46,054 nucleotides of DNA, taken from the sequence record MN164484.2. One strand, written 5' to 3'. The DNA comes from Escherichia virus ECH1. Below, in pieces: positions 36,441-45,412 of the stretch. Every line of letters starts with the position of its first letter. Within the stretch, counting starts at the first letter, position 1. Both the position numbers and the translations under genes were made by a program. The notes below the pieces were generated by a model. It did no database searches, was not told the origin of the DNA, and saw only the letters and a program-made list of their open reading frames with translations.

Positions 36441-36598
36441 TGAGAGAGGCAATCGTAAACTGGAAAACCGGAGAAGATTCAAAGTTCTTCTTCAATACAT
36501 TCTCACAATATATTGACAAGTTTGTTTTCGTGATTGATGGTGGATGTGAGGTTGTTGTTCCAATTAATCTGGTTGATGGATTGGAGGTATCAGAATAA
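36440..36598 (+). CDS. hypothetical protein (52 aa)
   Basis: Coupled start/stop codons. Confidence 0.3.
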   Translation: MREAIVNWKTGEDSKFFFNTFSQYIDKFVFVIDGGCEVVVPINLVDGLEVSE

Positions 36599-36819
36599 TG
36601 GCAATTTTTACATTTGAGAATCAATGGGAAGTATTTAAATTAATGGCAGTTCAGGAGTTAAAGAAATCTGGGTATAACAAAAACCCATGGGATTTAGCAT
36701 TCTGCCTTGATATGAGCTTTGAAGAAGATTACCTGAACACAGATGTAGAAACATGGCGTTACCGTATGGTCGCAGACATCGAAGAAATGAAAAAAGATTG
36801 CCCAGAGGATTTCTTATGA
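36598..36819 (+). CDS. hypothetical protein (73 aa)
   Basis: ORF with ATG overlapping the upstream stop. Confidence 0.4.
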   Translation: MAIFTFENQWEVFKLMAVQELKKSGYNKNPWDLAFCLDMSFEEDYLNTDVETWRYRMVADIEEMKKDCPEDFL

Positions 36820-37016
36820 TTAATAATAGACCGTTCGTTGTTACGTTTAAGCCAAGAAACAACACCCCACGGATGGATGTTGATGAGTACCTTCTGAAAC
36901 GAGGAAATAGCTATTTTGTTCTTGAAATTTCCGCAGACTCAGATAGGTATATAGTAAAAAACGATGCTGGTATTGTTGTTAGTGTTTCAAAATTGGATGT
37001 GGAGATTGTGAGATAA
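36816..37016 (+). CDS. hypothetical protein (66 aa)
   Basis: ATG 36816 overlapping the upstream stop. Confidence 0.35.
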   Translation: MINNRPFVVTFKPRNNTPRMDVDEYLLKRGNSYFVLEISADSDRYIVKNDAGIVVSVSKLDVEIVR

Positions 37017-37202
37017 TTAATGCAACTTGTGTAAAAGCAAATGGTTCATTTACTCTACTTGAAGATTACGAAATTATCTTTAATTCAGATGGTGCAATAA
37101 CAGTATTAAGCGATGATGGATGCTATTGGTTCGTTAGTTATCAAGGTGATGGGTATTACGGGTGTAGAGATTCTAATGGAAAAGAAGTTAGCTTCTTAGT
37201 AG

Positions 37203-37247
37203 AATAGCATTTTTTGTTAAAACTAAAATCCACGGATGGATTATATT
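37203..37247 (+). promoter_or_regulatory. conserved promoter-like cassette (AATAGCATTTTTTGTTAAA, TATATT)
   Basis: Motif family member; ATG at 37278 follows. Confidence 0.4.
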
Positions 37248-37277
37248 AAACACACCAACAGCGCAGAGGATTGAGAT

Positions 37278-37403
37278 ATGAAAATTGTAGACAAAGAGAT
37301 GTTCGAAATTGCACAGACCTATGCAAGTGACGCAGTTAAAACCGGCTCAGAATATTGCTGGATGTGTGCTAAAGAATACCTGAAAATGGCTTACGGATTA
37401 TGA
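37278..37403 (+). CDS. hypothetical protein (41 aa)
   Basis: ORF after the motif; stop overlaps the next ATG. Confidence 0.3.
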   Translation: MKIVDKEMFEIAQTYASDAVKTGSEYCWMCAKEYLKMAYGL

Positions 37404-37648
37404 TCGTTGAAACCGGACGCGCCGCAGTGTGGGCTCATTGTGGAGAGGCTGGATTGCAAGATGACATTAAGCAGATATCTAGATTCTTTGATATAAAAGA
37501 TATCAGCGTCGTGTTCAATGGCAAATTCTCTTACATGGATGAGCGCCCAAGAAAATACGTAAGAGTTAAGCCAGGCGTCAGGATTGATGTTAACGAGTTC
37601 CTTAAATCTGAGGGATTCAAGTTTAAGATAACGAAGCCTAAGGATTGA
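37400..37648 (+). CDS. hypothetical protein (82 aa)
   Basis: ORF with ATG. Confidence 0.4.
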   Translation: MIVETGRAAVWAHCGEAGLQDDIKQISRFFDIKDISVVFNGKFSYMDERPRKYVRVKPGVRIDVNEFLKSEGFKFKITKPKD

Positions 37649-37902
37649 GTATGTTGGGTTTAGATTTTCAGCCAGAGCATTACGATTTAGTATATGGTCA
37701 AAGTGGTGCAAAGTTTAGAGCGATACCTATTGCTGATTGGTTCCCTACTGATTATGTGGATGTGAACGCAAAAACTAAAGACGGGAAGTGGGTTCAGATT
37801 TATTACTCACCAGCATGCGGAAACCTTTGTATGACTGACATTGATCAGAAATTAGCAATTAGTGCGGAAGTTATAGACTACTGGTTGAAAGAAGTTGAAT
37901 GA
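37645..37902 (+). CDS. hypothetical protein (85 aa)
   Basis: ORF with ATG. Confidence 0.4.
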   Translation: MSMLGLDFQPEHYDLVYGQSGAKFRAIPIADWFPTDYVDVNAKTKDGKWVQIYYSPACGNLCMTDIDQKLAISAEVIDYWLKEVE

Positions 37903-37985
37903 AGAGCCTGATACTAGTAGCATTAGTCCAACTATTTAGCTTTACTATCTTATATTTTATCGTAATGAATTAAGGAACTTATATA

Positions 37986-39122
37986 ATGGCAACTGCAAAA
38001 ATTACCAACGAACAGCTTCTTGAAGAGCTGATTAACGGCATGACCAACAAGGCCATTGCAGAGAAGTACGGAATGAACATTCGCAATGTTGAGTTGCGTC
38101 GCAGTAAATTGGCGAAGCAGGGTGAAGGGCATGGAAACCCAGGCATCAAGAAGCTAGTTCCTGACGGTTATTTGGTCAAAGGCACATCAACGATGATTGA
38201 TGCCGAAGGTAACGAAAAGCTGCGCTGGGTTAAAACATCCGTAGATAATGAGCGCCTTGAGGTTTTAATGGAGCAAGCTCGAGAAGCATTCTGCTCTGAT
38301 TTGCCAAAGGCTATTCCATCTGAATCACCGAATGTTAACTTTGATGACAACACGCTTGCGATGTATCCAGTCTTTGACTTGCACATTGGAGCAATGGCTC
38401 ACAAACATGAGTGTGGCGAAAACTACGACACAGCAACAGCAGAGAAGGTTATGAATGGTTTCTTTGACTACGCTGTAGATAAGGCTCCGAACTCAAAGAA
38501 TGCCGTGCTTGTTCTTGGTGGTGATTTCTTGCATTACGATTCATTAGAGGCAAAAACACCAGCGTCAGGCCATATCTTAGATTCTGACAGCCGTTACGCA
38601 AAGATTGTTTATGTCGCAATCCGTTCAGTGCGACGTGCAATTTCTAGAATGATGGAAAAGCATCAAGTTATTGATATTAAAGTAATAAGTGGAAACCACG
38701 ACGAGGCAGGGATGGTTTGGCTGCGCGCTGCGCTTGCTGCGTTTTATGAAGATGAACCGCGCGTAAATGTTGATGTTAGCCCAGCCGCAATGATGATGAC
38801 CAGCTTTGGAACTACGCTTATTGGATACACCCACGGGCATCAAATGCGAAAAGCAGATACGCGACTAACTGTTATGGCAACCGATTTTCGTAAGTTATTT
38901 GGTCAAAGTGAGTATGTTTACACACATAGTGGTCACTGGCATTCGCAGAAGATTACAGAAACAAACTTGGGTATTGATGAGGTTCATGGGCAGCTTGGAA
39001 GCCCTGACGCGTACTCAGCAAATGGCGGATGGCGCTCTCAACGTCAAGCGGCGGTTATTGTCTACCATAAAGAATTCGGTGAAGTTGGCCGCTTCATTTG
39101 TCGCCCTAAAATGTTTGGATAA
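37986..39122 (+). CDS. metallophosphoesterase (calcineurin-like) with N-terminal HTH-like segment
   Basis: Motifs LVLGGDFLHYD, GNHDE, HGHQ, HSGHWH. Confidence 0.6.
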   Translation: MATAKITNEQLLEELINGMTNKAIAEKYGMNIRNVELRRSKLAKQGEGHGNPGIKKLVPDGYLVKGTSTMIDAEGNEKLRWVKTSVDNERLEVLMEQAREAFCSDLPKAIPSESPNVNFDDNTLAMYPVFDLHIGAMAHKHECGENYDTATAEKVMNGFFDYAVDKAPNSKNAVLVLGGDFLHYDSLEAKTPASGHILDSDSRYAKIVYVAIRSVRRAISRMMEKHQVIDIKVISGNHDEAGMVWLRAALAAFYEDEPRVNVDVSPAAMMMTSFGTTLIGYTHGHQMRKADTRLTVMATDFRKLFGQSEYVYTHSGHWHSQKITETNLGIDEVHGQLGSPDAYSANGGWRSQRQAAVIVYHKEFGEVGRFICRPKMFG

Positions 39123-39139
39123 TAGCACATTTTGTTAAA
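39121..39139 (+). promoter_or_regulatory. motif copy (AATAGCACATTTTGTTAAA) followed by hairpin GCCGCGAAAGCGGC
   Basis: Motif overlaps the phosphoesterase stop; precedes the HNH-AP2 gene. Confidence 0.4.
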
Positions 39140-39193
39140 ACAGTAGCCGCGAAAGCGGCTATTATTGTTTTATACAAACGGGAGGGGATTTAA

Positions 39194-39688
39194 ATGGATT
39201 GGAATGATTTTCTTGAGTATAGAGATGGCAGGCTTTACTGGACTGGCCCGCATTCAACAAAACTCAAGCCAGGTGATGAGGCTGGCAGCAGTCACCATAG
39301 GTGTTATTGGTACATTCGCAGATATGACAAAACAATGTCAAGGCACAGAATCGTATGGGAGATGCACAACGGACCAATACCAGAAGGCATGGAGATAGAT
39401 CATATAAATCACGCCCCTGTTGATGACAGGATTGAAAACCTAAGAATGGTCACAAGAAGGCAAAACAATCAAAACAAGAAATTAGATGGAAGAAATACAA
39501 GCGGACACGTCGGGGTCAGCTGGAACAAGAAGACAAACAAATGGAGAGCAATGATAGGCATAAAGGGAGAGGACGGAAAGAGGAAAACTCTATACGTTTA
39601 CTATGGTGATTCTTTCGATGACGCAGTGTCAGCAAGAAAGAGAGCTGAGGTTGAGTACTCATTTCACGAAAATCACGGAAGAAGCTAG
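39194..39688 (+). CDS. HNH-AP2 homing endonuclease (intact)
   Basis: HNH motif HRIVWEMHNG...IDHINH...NRIENLRMV followed by AP2-like SGHVGVSWNKKTNKWRAMIG...YYGDSFDDAVSARKRAE. Confidence 0.75.
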   Translation: MDWNDFLEYRDGRLYWTGPHSTKLKPGDEAGSSHHRCYWYIRRYDKTMSRHRIVWEMHNGPIPEGMEIDHINHAPVDDRIENLRMVTRRQNNQNKKLDGRNTSGHVGVSWNKKTNKWRAMIGIKGEDGKRKTLYVYYGDSFDDAVSARKRAEVEYSFHENHGRS

Positions 39689-39735
39689 AAATAGCACTTT
39701 TTGCCTAAAGCATGCCGTATAAATGCGGCATAATT
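39689..39735 (+). promoter_or_regulatory. conserved promoter-like cassette (AATAGCACTTTTTGCCTAAA, CATAAT)
   Basis: Leader CCACATCGAAACGAGATGAGG; ATG 39765. Confidence 0.5.
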
Positions 39736-39764
39736 ACCACATCGAAACGAGATGAGGAATTGTA

Positions 39765-40238
39765 ATGATTTACGTATTTGATATCGATGGAACTATAGCT
39801 AATAATGAACATAGAAGTCACCTCTTGCCATGCAGTGACCTTCACTTGACTTCAAGTTGGAAGGATTACAATAAAGCCTGTTCTGGAGACTTACCAATAA
39901 TCCCAATGATAAACATGATGAACAAACTTGCGGAATTATGTCAGGTTTACATTATGACCTCCAGAAGTGATGAAGTTGAATGGAGAACACTTGAGTGGCT
40001 TCAGGATAATGAGGTTGAGTATGATTCGATATACATGAGAAGTCGACATGACAACCGAAAAGATTACAAAATAAAAGAGGAATGGCTTAATGAAATCAGT
40101 GGTGGCGATAAAAGCAATGTGGTTATTTTTGAAGATAACCCACAAGTAATTAAGCACCTAAGGAGTTGCGGATACACCGTTATGGCTGTATGTGAATATG
40201 AAGAACTACCTAAAGATTGCGAATCTCACGGAGACTGA
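39765..40238 (+). CDS. HAD-superfamily phosphatase (nucleotidase / polynucleotide 3-prime-phosphatase-like)
   Basis: HAD motif I FDIDGT, motif II IMTSR, Lys-containing and FEDN motifs. Confidence 0.55.
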   Translation: MIYVFDIDGTIANNEHRSHLLPCSDLHLTSSWKDYNKACSGDLPIIPMINMMNKLAELCQVYIMTSRSDEVEWRTLEWLQDNEVEYDSIYMRSRHDNRKDYKIKEEWLNEISGGDKSNVVIFEDNPQVIKHLRSCGYTVMAVCEYEELPKDCESHGD

Positions 40239-40240
40239 AA

Positions 40241-40795
40241 ATGACTAAATTATTTATCCTTAATGGCCCCGCTGGAGTTGGTAAGGATACTATAGCGGAT
40301 ATCATGGTTGAGACTGGTGTCGCCAAAGAAAAGGTATCATTCAAGTCACCAATGTTTAACGTTGCTAGAGGCATTCTTTCAATAGATGAATTCGATTGGT
40401 TTATTGAAAACTACAACAATCGCGACGAGAAGGAGAAACATCAGAAAATTCTAGGTGGAAAAAGCATTCGAGAGTTCATGATCTGGATTAGCGAGTCTGT
40501 AATGAAGCCAGTCTTTGGTGATGATGTTTTTGGTAAAAGGCTCGCCCAATCACTTAGTGATGGTTGCTACATTTGCGCTGACGGTGGATTTGCTAGCGAG
40601 ATTAAGCCACTGATCGACGCTGGTGTTGAGGTCACGTTAATCAGATTGCATAGGGCTGGGCACACATTTGATGGAGATAGTCGCTCATACATTCACGGGG
40701 TGTGCGCAAGAGAAATTGATGTTCGTGTTGTTGGTGGTGATATTGATGGAACATCAGCATTGGTAAGGCACGTAATAAATAGCACTAACTGCTAA
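40241..40795 (+). CDS. P-loop nucleotide kinase (dNMP kinase / polynucleotide kinase-like)
   Basis: Walker A GPAGVGKDT near the N-terminus; ATG 40241 with RBS GGAG; C-terminus NSTNC encoded by the motif. Confidence 0.55.
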   Translation: MTKLFILNGPAGVGKDTIADIMVETGVAKEKVSFKSPMFNVARGILSIDEFDWFIENYNNRDEKEKHQKILGGKSIREFMIWISESVMKPVFGDDVFGKRLAQSLSDGCYICADGGFASEIKPLIDAGVEVTLIRLHRAGHTFDGDSRSYIHGVCAREIDVRVVGGDIDGTSALVRHVINSTNC

Positions 40796-40821
40796 AGATA
40801 ATAATAAAAACTGAGTTATCA
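40778..40821 (+). promoter_or_regulatory. conserved promoter-like cassette (AATAGCACTAACTGCTAAA, TATCAT)
   Basis: Leader CACATCGAAACGAGCTGAAAC; ATG 40864. Confidence 0.5.
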
Positions 40822-40863
40822 TTAACACATCGAAACGAGCTGAAACAAACGAGGAAACACAAG

Positions 40864-41040
40864 ATGACTAAAATGATTTATTGCACCAAGAACAACTCAA
40901 AGACGCTTCCATTTACAGTTAACCGGCCGTACAATGCAGAGTATCAGGGTGACGGATATTACAAGATTTACGGAGACGATATGACGTGGATTTTAGCACC
41001 GATTGATGGTTCGCTTGTTGAATTTATTATCGCAGAATAG
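40864..41040 (+). CDS. hypothetical protein (58 aa)
   Basis: ORF after the motif promoter. Confidence 0.35.
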   Translation: MTKMIYCTKNNSKTLPFTVNRPYNAEYQGDGYYKIYGDDMTWILAPIDGSLVEFIIAE

Positions 41041-41058
41041 CGCATCTAAAACATAGCT

Positions 41059-41090
41059 TTACAAGTGGGGGCCTTTTGGCTCCCAATTTT
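41059..41090 (+). terminator. terminator-like hairpin (GGGGGCC-TTTT-GGCTCCC) plus AATTTTTT
   Basis: Hairpin with one G-U pair, T-run follows. Confidence 0.45.
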
Positions 41091-41169
41091 TTGCTTCTTT
41101 TCCGAACAGGGCTACTGTATCATGTTTACACTAACTTAAACATTGACAAATAGACAAATTGAGGATCAC

Positions 41170-41385
41170 ATGAGGGAAGTAATCAACGCCGCTACGGCGT
41201 CAACTGGAGGGGCGGCGGTAACTGGAGCGGCAACTGGTCAGATGACTATAGCAATAATCAGCCTTATCGCTTTAATCATTTTTGGTGTGTGGGGTGCTTA
41301 CTGGAAGTTTAAGGATAGCCAGGCGATTCGGCGCGCTCTTGAATCAGGAGACTTAAAAACAGCAATCAAGATAAGGAGTAAGTAA
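41170..41385 (+). CDS. holin (putative pinholin partner of the SAR endolysin)
   Basis: 71 aa with one strongly hydrophobic TM segment IAIISLIALIIFGVWGAYW; immediately upstream of the endolysin. Confidence 0.6.
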   Translation: MREVINAATASTGGAAVTGAATGQMTIAIISLIALIIFGVWGAYWKFKDSQAIRRALESGDLKTAIKIRSK

Positions 41386-41871
41386 ATGAAGCAGAAACTG
41401 CTAATTAGCGCGGCTACGGCTACGGCAATATACATCGCAGCACCGCTTATTGAGCTCGTAGAGGGTGTGGAAAACAAGCCTTACATGGACATTGCTGGAA
41501 TCCCTACTGTTTGCTCTGGCGTTACTGGCCCTGACGTTGTTTGGGGTAAGACCTACAGCAACAGGGAATGCCGGAACTTACTGGAGAAGCACATTCAGAT
41601 TCATGCCAGGCATGTTCAGAATGCAGTTACCTACCCAATCGCACCTCAGACAAGAGCGGCTTTAATCAGCTTTAGCTACAACGTTGGTGGAAATGCGATG
41701 AGGAATTCAACGGCAGTTCGACTTATTAATCAGGGTAAAGTTGAGCAGGGTTGCAATGCTCTCGGGATGTGGAATAAGGCTCGGGTTAACGGAAAGCTAA
41801 AGGTAGTTAAAGGCCTGGTTAACAGGAGAAACGAGGAGATTAAGTTATGCTTAAGTGGATTGCAGCATTAG
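41386..41871 (+). CDS. SAR endolysin (lysozyme-like glycoside hydrolase with N-terminal signal-anchor-release domain)
   Basis: Weakly hydrophobic N-terminal LLISAATATAIYIAAPLI followed by E-x8-D-x5-T catalytic-type spacing (ELVEGVENKPYMDIAGIPT). Confidence 0.75.
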   Translation: MKQKLLISAATATAIYIAAPLIELVEGVENKPYMDIAGIPTVCSGVTGPDVVWGKTYSNRECRNLLEKHIQIHARHVQNAVTYPIAPQTRAALISFSYNVGGNAMRNSTAVRLINQGKVEQGCNALGMWNKARVNGKLKVVKGLVNRRNEEIKLCLSGLQH

Positions 41872-42236
41872 TAATGTGCATGGCTTTATCTGGATGCTCA
41901 GCAACTGAAGTCCTGACCGGATTGATTGGAAGTAAACCAGATGTCACTGCGCAGGTTGGAGCGGCTAACAATAAAGTCGGCGTTGGTGCTTCCGTTAGTA
42001 GCGACTCCAGCAATTCCAGTGAAGCCACTGTAAGGGATTCTAAGGTTGGGAGCCTGGATAGCTCAAGCGGAAAAAAGACCTCCGACAATTCGATTAAGGC
42101 ATCAACAATCACTGCCGAAAAGATTGAGATTACAAACAATGAATCATCATCACTACCGTGGATTGGTACTGGCGTTATGTTCTGCCTGGTTCTTATTCTT
42201 CTGGCAATTATCTTAAGACGTAAAAAAGCCCCTTAA
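41847..42236 (+). CDS. unimolecular spanin (lipoprotein with C-terminal TM)
   Basis: Lipobox LSGC at the N-terminus, Ser-rich periplasmic region, C-terminal TM helix then RRKKAP. Confidence 0.7.
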   Translation: MLKWIAALVMCMALSGCSATEVLTGLIGSKPDVTAQVGAANNKVGVGASVSSDSSNSSEATVRDSKVGSLDSSSGKKTSDNSIKASTITAEKIEITNNESSSLPWIGTGVMFCLVLILLAIILRRKKAP

Positions 42237-42250
42237 TAGGGGCTATATTT
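42228..42250. terminator. bidirectional terminator (AGCCCC-TTAATA-GGGGCT)
   Basis: Hairpin with T-rich runs on both strands. Confidence 0.55.
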
Positions 42251-42586
42251 TTAGCTAAATAACTCGTCGTCAGTCATGTTTCCTATGTTCATCATTTCCT
42301 TTATGTACTTACTATCATAACCGTTCAGTGCTTCGAAGTTAAACTCAAAAGGCCTCTTCAAACTCCCTCTACTAACAAACTCACCACACTTACCATCAAT
42401 ATATCCTGAGCTTAACATCTTTGCGCAGAACTCCTTTGAAGCTGCACTGCAAAACTCCCGATGTGGCAAACCTGCCGCCTTGCTAAACCTCTCTGAATCT
42501 TTGTGCTTGTATATGAATCGCGCCAAATGCTGGCGCGTAAAATAACTGTAGGACTCGCAAAATCTGTATAAATCAAGAAGAAACAT
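42251..42586 (-). CDS. hypothetical protein (111 aa)
   Basis: ORF with ATG; Cys/Phe-rich. Confidence 0.4.
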   Translation of the reverse strand: MFLLDLYRFCESYSYFTRQHLARFIYKHKDSERFSKAAGLPHREFCSAASKEFCAKMLSSGYIDGKCGEFVSRGSLKRPFEFNFEALNGYDSKYIKEMMNIGNMTDDELFS

Positions 42587-42589
42587 AAA

Positions 42590-44173
42590 TCACCCTATTA
42601 CACGTGGATTAACATAAACACGGTCATCAATCATGCAAACGTAGTTACGTTCTTCAAGCATTGGGATTAAGTGGTCCTTAATCTTCGTCATTACGCCAGC
42701 TTGAGCCTCGAATGGTTTAACCTTTCTAGCAGCCTCATACAATGCACGAAGGCTAACAAAACCTTTACCAGCTTTACCCATTTTTAAAGCCAGGTCGATA
42801 AGTTTGTTCATCTCAGCATTATCCCCAGCATGACCAGCGGCATTAGCAGAAGATAAATATGTTTTGCTTAACTCGTTAAACATTAATACCGCCTCCTGCA
42901 TGGTTTCTAATTCAATCTCACGAGACTTTTTAGGATTGCCACCTTCTTCAGATACCCAATTGCGAACAGTATGAATAACCGAAGCTATACGGATTGCCTG
43001 CTTGTCAAATTTACCAAGTGCGCCTCGTAACATAGTGTGACTGTATTTACCTCCATCACGTAAGTGCGGTTCCATATCCTGGCGAGCACGGTTTAGATAA
43101 CGCATGGCTGAATCACTAATAGTTAGCTTAACATCCACCTCACTCATGATGTTGTGAATAAGTTTAAAGTAAGTCGCCTTAAGCGCTCCATCAATAGGTT
43201 CATAAGTTGAGCGACCTTCATCATCAACAAAAACACGCTCACCTAAGAATGATTTCTCACGAACAAGCAAAAAACGCTCCGATACACCGATACCGCGAGC
43301 ACCAGCATTCATGATTGCGTTGATTGTCTCATCTTGTGCAATTACAGAGATGCAACCCAGCGCAGTAAAAGACATGTTGTTTTCAGCGTTAGCACGAGCA
43401 ATAGAAACATCGCCAGAGTCCCATGCCTTAAGAACCAATTCACTGTTTGTCTTTTTGCTCCCGTCTCCATAAGTCATGCCTAATAATGAGTTTACAGAAG
43501 TTGCTTCATCAGATATTACAGCAAAGTTACCTTGACGGAAGTTAATTCGCGCAAGACCTTCTGGAGTTGTATCAGATACTGGAAAAACAACATCGCATAA
43601 CTTCTCTAACTTCTCCTCAAGATTCTCTTTATCCTCAAATAATCTCGCCATTTCAGAAGGTGATTGCTCCTGCTTCATTTCTTTAGCGAGAGAAGATAGT
43701 TTTGCCATAATCTTTTTTCGTTCACGCTTACGTTCCTCGTTGATTCTGTCTCGTTCAGCAATCATTGGCGCAGTTGCCAGGCTGTTAATTGCTGATTTAC
43801 CAGTTGAAGGAGGTTGGCTTGTAACAACATAAAGCGCGGTTGGCTGAGTTGTTCCGTGATACTCAACGGTAAAACGACCCAGCATTGCAGAAGATACGCA
43901 GCCTAAAAAGTGCATATAGGCAGAAGATGATGGGAACTGTACTGATCGGGCGATGTTGGCTGACAGCTTGCCTACCACATCAAAATCATTCCCGAGGCTT
44001 ATTACAGGATATTTATCATTGCAATTCTCAACCTCTACTGGGTCCTTCCAGAATGACTGAGCATATCGCATACCGTTCGCTTTAATTGCCACACGAAGCG
44101 GGGAGATGCCTTGCTGCTGCGCAATAGTCATAACCTGGTCAACACTCAACTTACTGGATTCGAACTCAAACAT
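42590..44173 (-). CDS. large P-loop NTPase of unknown function (candidate replication-associated ATPase)
   Basis: 527 aa; Walker A-like QPPSTGKS; RBS GGAG; no further recognisable motifs. Confidence 0.4.
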   Translation of the reverse strand: MFEFESSKLSVDQVMTIAQQQGISPLRVAIKANGMRYAQSFWKDPVEVENCNDKYPVISLGNDFDVVGKLSANIARSVQFPSSSAYMHFLGCVSSAMLGRFTVEYHGTTQPTALYVVTSQPPSTGKSAINSLATAPMIAERDRINEERKRERKKIMAKLSSLAKEMKQEQSPSEMARLFEDKENLEEKLEKLCDVVFPVSDTTPEGLARINFRQGNFAVISDEATSVNSLLGMTYGDGSKKTNSELVLKAWDSGDVSIARANAENNMSFTALGCISVIAQDETINAIMNAGARGIGVSERFLLVREKSFLGERVFVDDEGRSTYEPIDGALKATYFKLIHNIMSEVDVKLTISDSAMRYLNRARQDMEPHLRDGGKYSHTMLRGALGKFDKQAIRIASVIHTVRNWVSEEGGNPKKSREIELETMQEAVLMFNELSKTYLSSANAAGHAGDNAEMNKLIDLALKMGKAGKGFVSLRALYEAARKVKPFEAQAGVMTKIKDHLIPMLEERNYVCMIDDRVYVNPRVIG

Positions 44174-44244
44174 CTTAATTCTCCATCTCGTTAATGTGCG
44201 GGTGTTATATAATACCCGCTCAGTATGTCTTTATCTTTTAGTGC

Positions 44245-44598
44245 TTATTTGTATTGCGACTCGAATTTGTAAGTCTCGCAGAGCGTCTTGAAGCCAACTT
44301 CCTCATCTCGGTAAAGCTGCCAGGCATTGCCTTCTTTGTCATAGATGTAACCAGCATTTTGGCCCAGGCCAGCGTGCATGTTTACCTGATATCTCTTTCC
44401 TTCCGCGAACACTTTAGAGACGCCACTCTTATGGTTAACCTTTGTGCAATACAGAGTCTTGGTCTTGATGTATTTGCCGCGCTCTGTAAGGTTCTTCCAT
44501 TTTCCATTAACCTTGATTTGCTCTACACCATCTTTAACGCGAGCCTTGAATAAATCGTTATCGCTTGAAACCCAGTGTTTTGTAATCGTAGTAGTCAT
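44245..44598 (-). CDS. hypothetical protein (117 aa)
   Basis: ATG 44598 preferred over the longer upstream start. Confidence 0.4.
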   Translation of the reverse strand: MTTTITKHWVSSDNDLFKARVKDGVEQIKVNGKWKNLTERGKYIKTKTLYCTKVNHKSGVSKVFAEGKRYQVNMHAGLGQNAGYIYDKEGNAWQLYRDEEVGFKTLCETYKFESQYK

Positions 44599-44599
44599 T

Positions 44600-44761
44600 T
44601 TAAGCCATCTCTTTCGTTTTCCACATAAATTTGTTTGGTACTGATTTGCGAACGATTCGCACAACAATCTTATCTGTCTTTTGCACTAAGCTGTAAATCT
44701 TGCCGTCAAGTGATGAGCGGTATACTGCCTCTTCCATCGCGTCGTAAAAGTTGTCGAACAT
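44600..44761 (-). CDS. hypothetical protein (53 aa)
   Basis: First ORF after the minus-strand motif promoter at 44788-44832. Confidence 0.3.
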   Translation of the reverse strand: MFDNFYDAMEEAVYRSSLDGKIYSLVQKTDKIVVRIVRKSVPNKFMWKTKEMA

Positions 44762-44787
44762 TTCTCATCTCCCGTCTCGATGGAAAG

Positions 44788-44832
44788 ATAATACCGTATC
44801 TCACATAAATGCTTTTAGCAATTCGTGCTATT
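44788..44832 (-). promoter_or_regulatory. conserved promoter-like cassette on the minus strand (AATAGCACGAATTGCTAAA, TATTAT)
   Basis: Leader TCCATCGAGACGGGAGATGAG; ATG at 44761. Confidence 0.5.
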
Positions 44833-44976
44833 GCGCGCCTTTTCTATCGCCTTAAGCATAATCTCATGACTTTCTAGCAAGTCCTCGCGGAACCAGTCGC
44901 CGCAGGGCCAGCCTTTTCCGCTGTATGCGCTAATGACCTCAAGGTCGAAATAATTTATCTCAGATGGTAATAGCAT
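44815..44976 (-). CDS. hypothetical protein (53 aa) ending in NSTNC encoded by the motif
   Basis: Manual translation of the minus strand; the stop codon lies inside the motif. Confidence 0.3.
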   Translation of the reverse strand: MLLPSEINYFDLEVISAYSGKGWPCGDWFREDLLESHEIMLKAIEKARNSTNC

Positions 44977-45218
44977 CACTTCACCTCATCAAAAGTTGCA
45001 ATTCCAGGAATGAACATACCAACCTTCCAGCCAGCAATAGCAATCCAACCAGAATCGTGCTTGTGCGGTCGCTCGGCGCCTTTAATTAACCACTCGTTCG
45101 GGATTGTCTTGCCGTTAATGATTAGAGGCTCAGCGTCGTATACAGAGCCCTTTACGAATGGTGTTAAGGCTTTCTTGTCAGTGCTATTGATAACGTTAGT
45201 GCAGATTACTTTAGTCAT
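44976..45218 (-). CDS. hypothetical protein (80 aa)
   Basis: ORF with ATG, coupled to neighbours. Confidence 0.4.
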   Translation of the reverse strand: MTKVICTNVINSTDKKALTPFVKGSVYDAEPLIINGKTIPNEWLIKGAERPHKHDSGWIAIAGWKVGMFIPGIATFDEVK

Positions 45219-45402
45219 TTACAACCTCGTACTCACCTTTATAAACAGCGACCTCTTCATTCACATTGTTGACAATCACTGCTAAACAAAGAGCACCCAA
45301 ATATTTTACCACTTCGTACTCGCAGCCAAGCGTCAGACCATAGTCCTCACATGAACGTCCACTGCAATCTAAATCTTCGAATTTAACTAACTTAATTTTC
45401 AT
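45211..45402 (-). CDS. hypothetical protein (63 aa)
   Basis: ORF with ATG. Confidence 0.4.
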   Translation of the reverse strand: MKIKLVKFEDLDCSGRSCEDYGLTLGCEYEVVKYLGALCLAVIVNNVNEEVAVYKGEYEVVND

Positions 45403-45412
45403 ATATCAATCC

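Noticed and set aside
37018-37206. Cys-rich peptide (…NATCVKANGSFTLLEDYEIIFNSDGAITVLSDDGCYWFVSYQGDGYYGCRDSNGKEVSFLVE) in an alternate frame
   Set aside because: Protein-like translation but no in-frame start codon after the preceding stop; a frameshifted or recoded gene cannot be demonstrated from sequence alone
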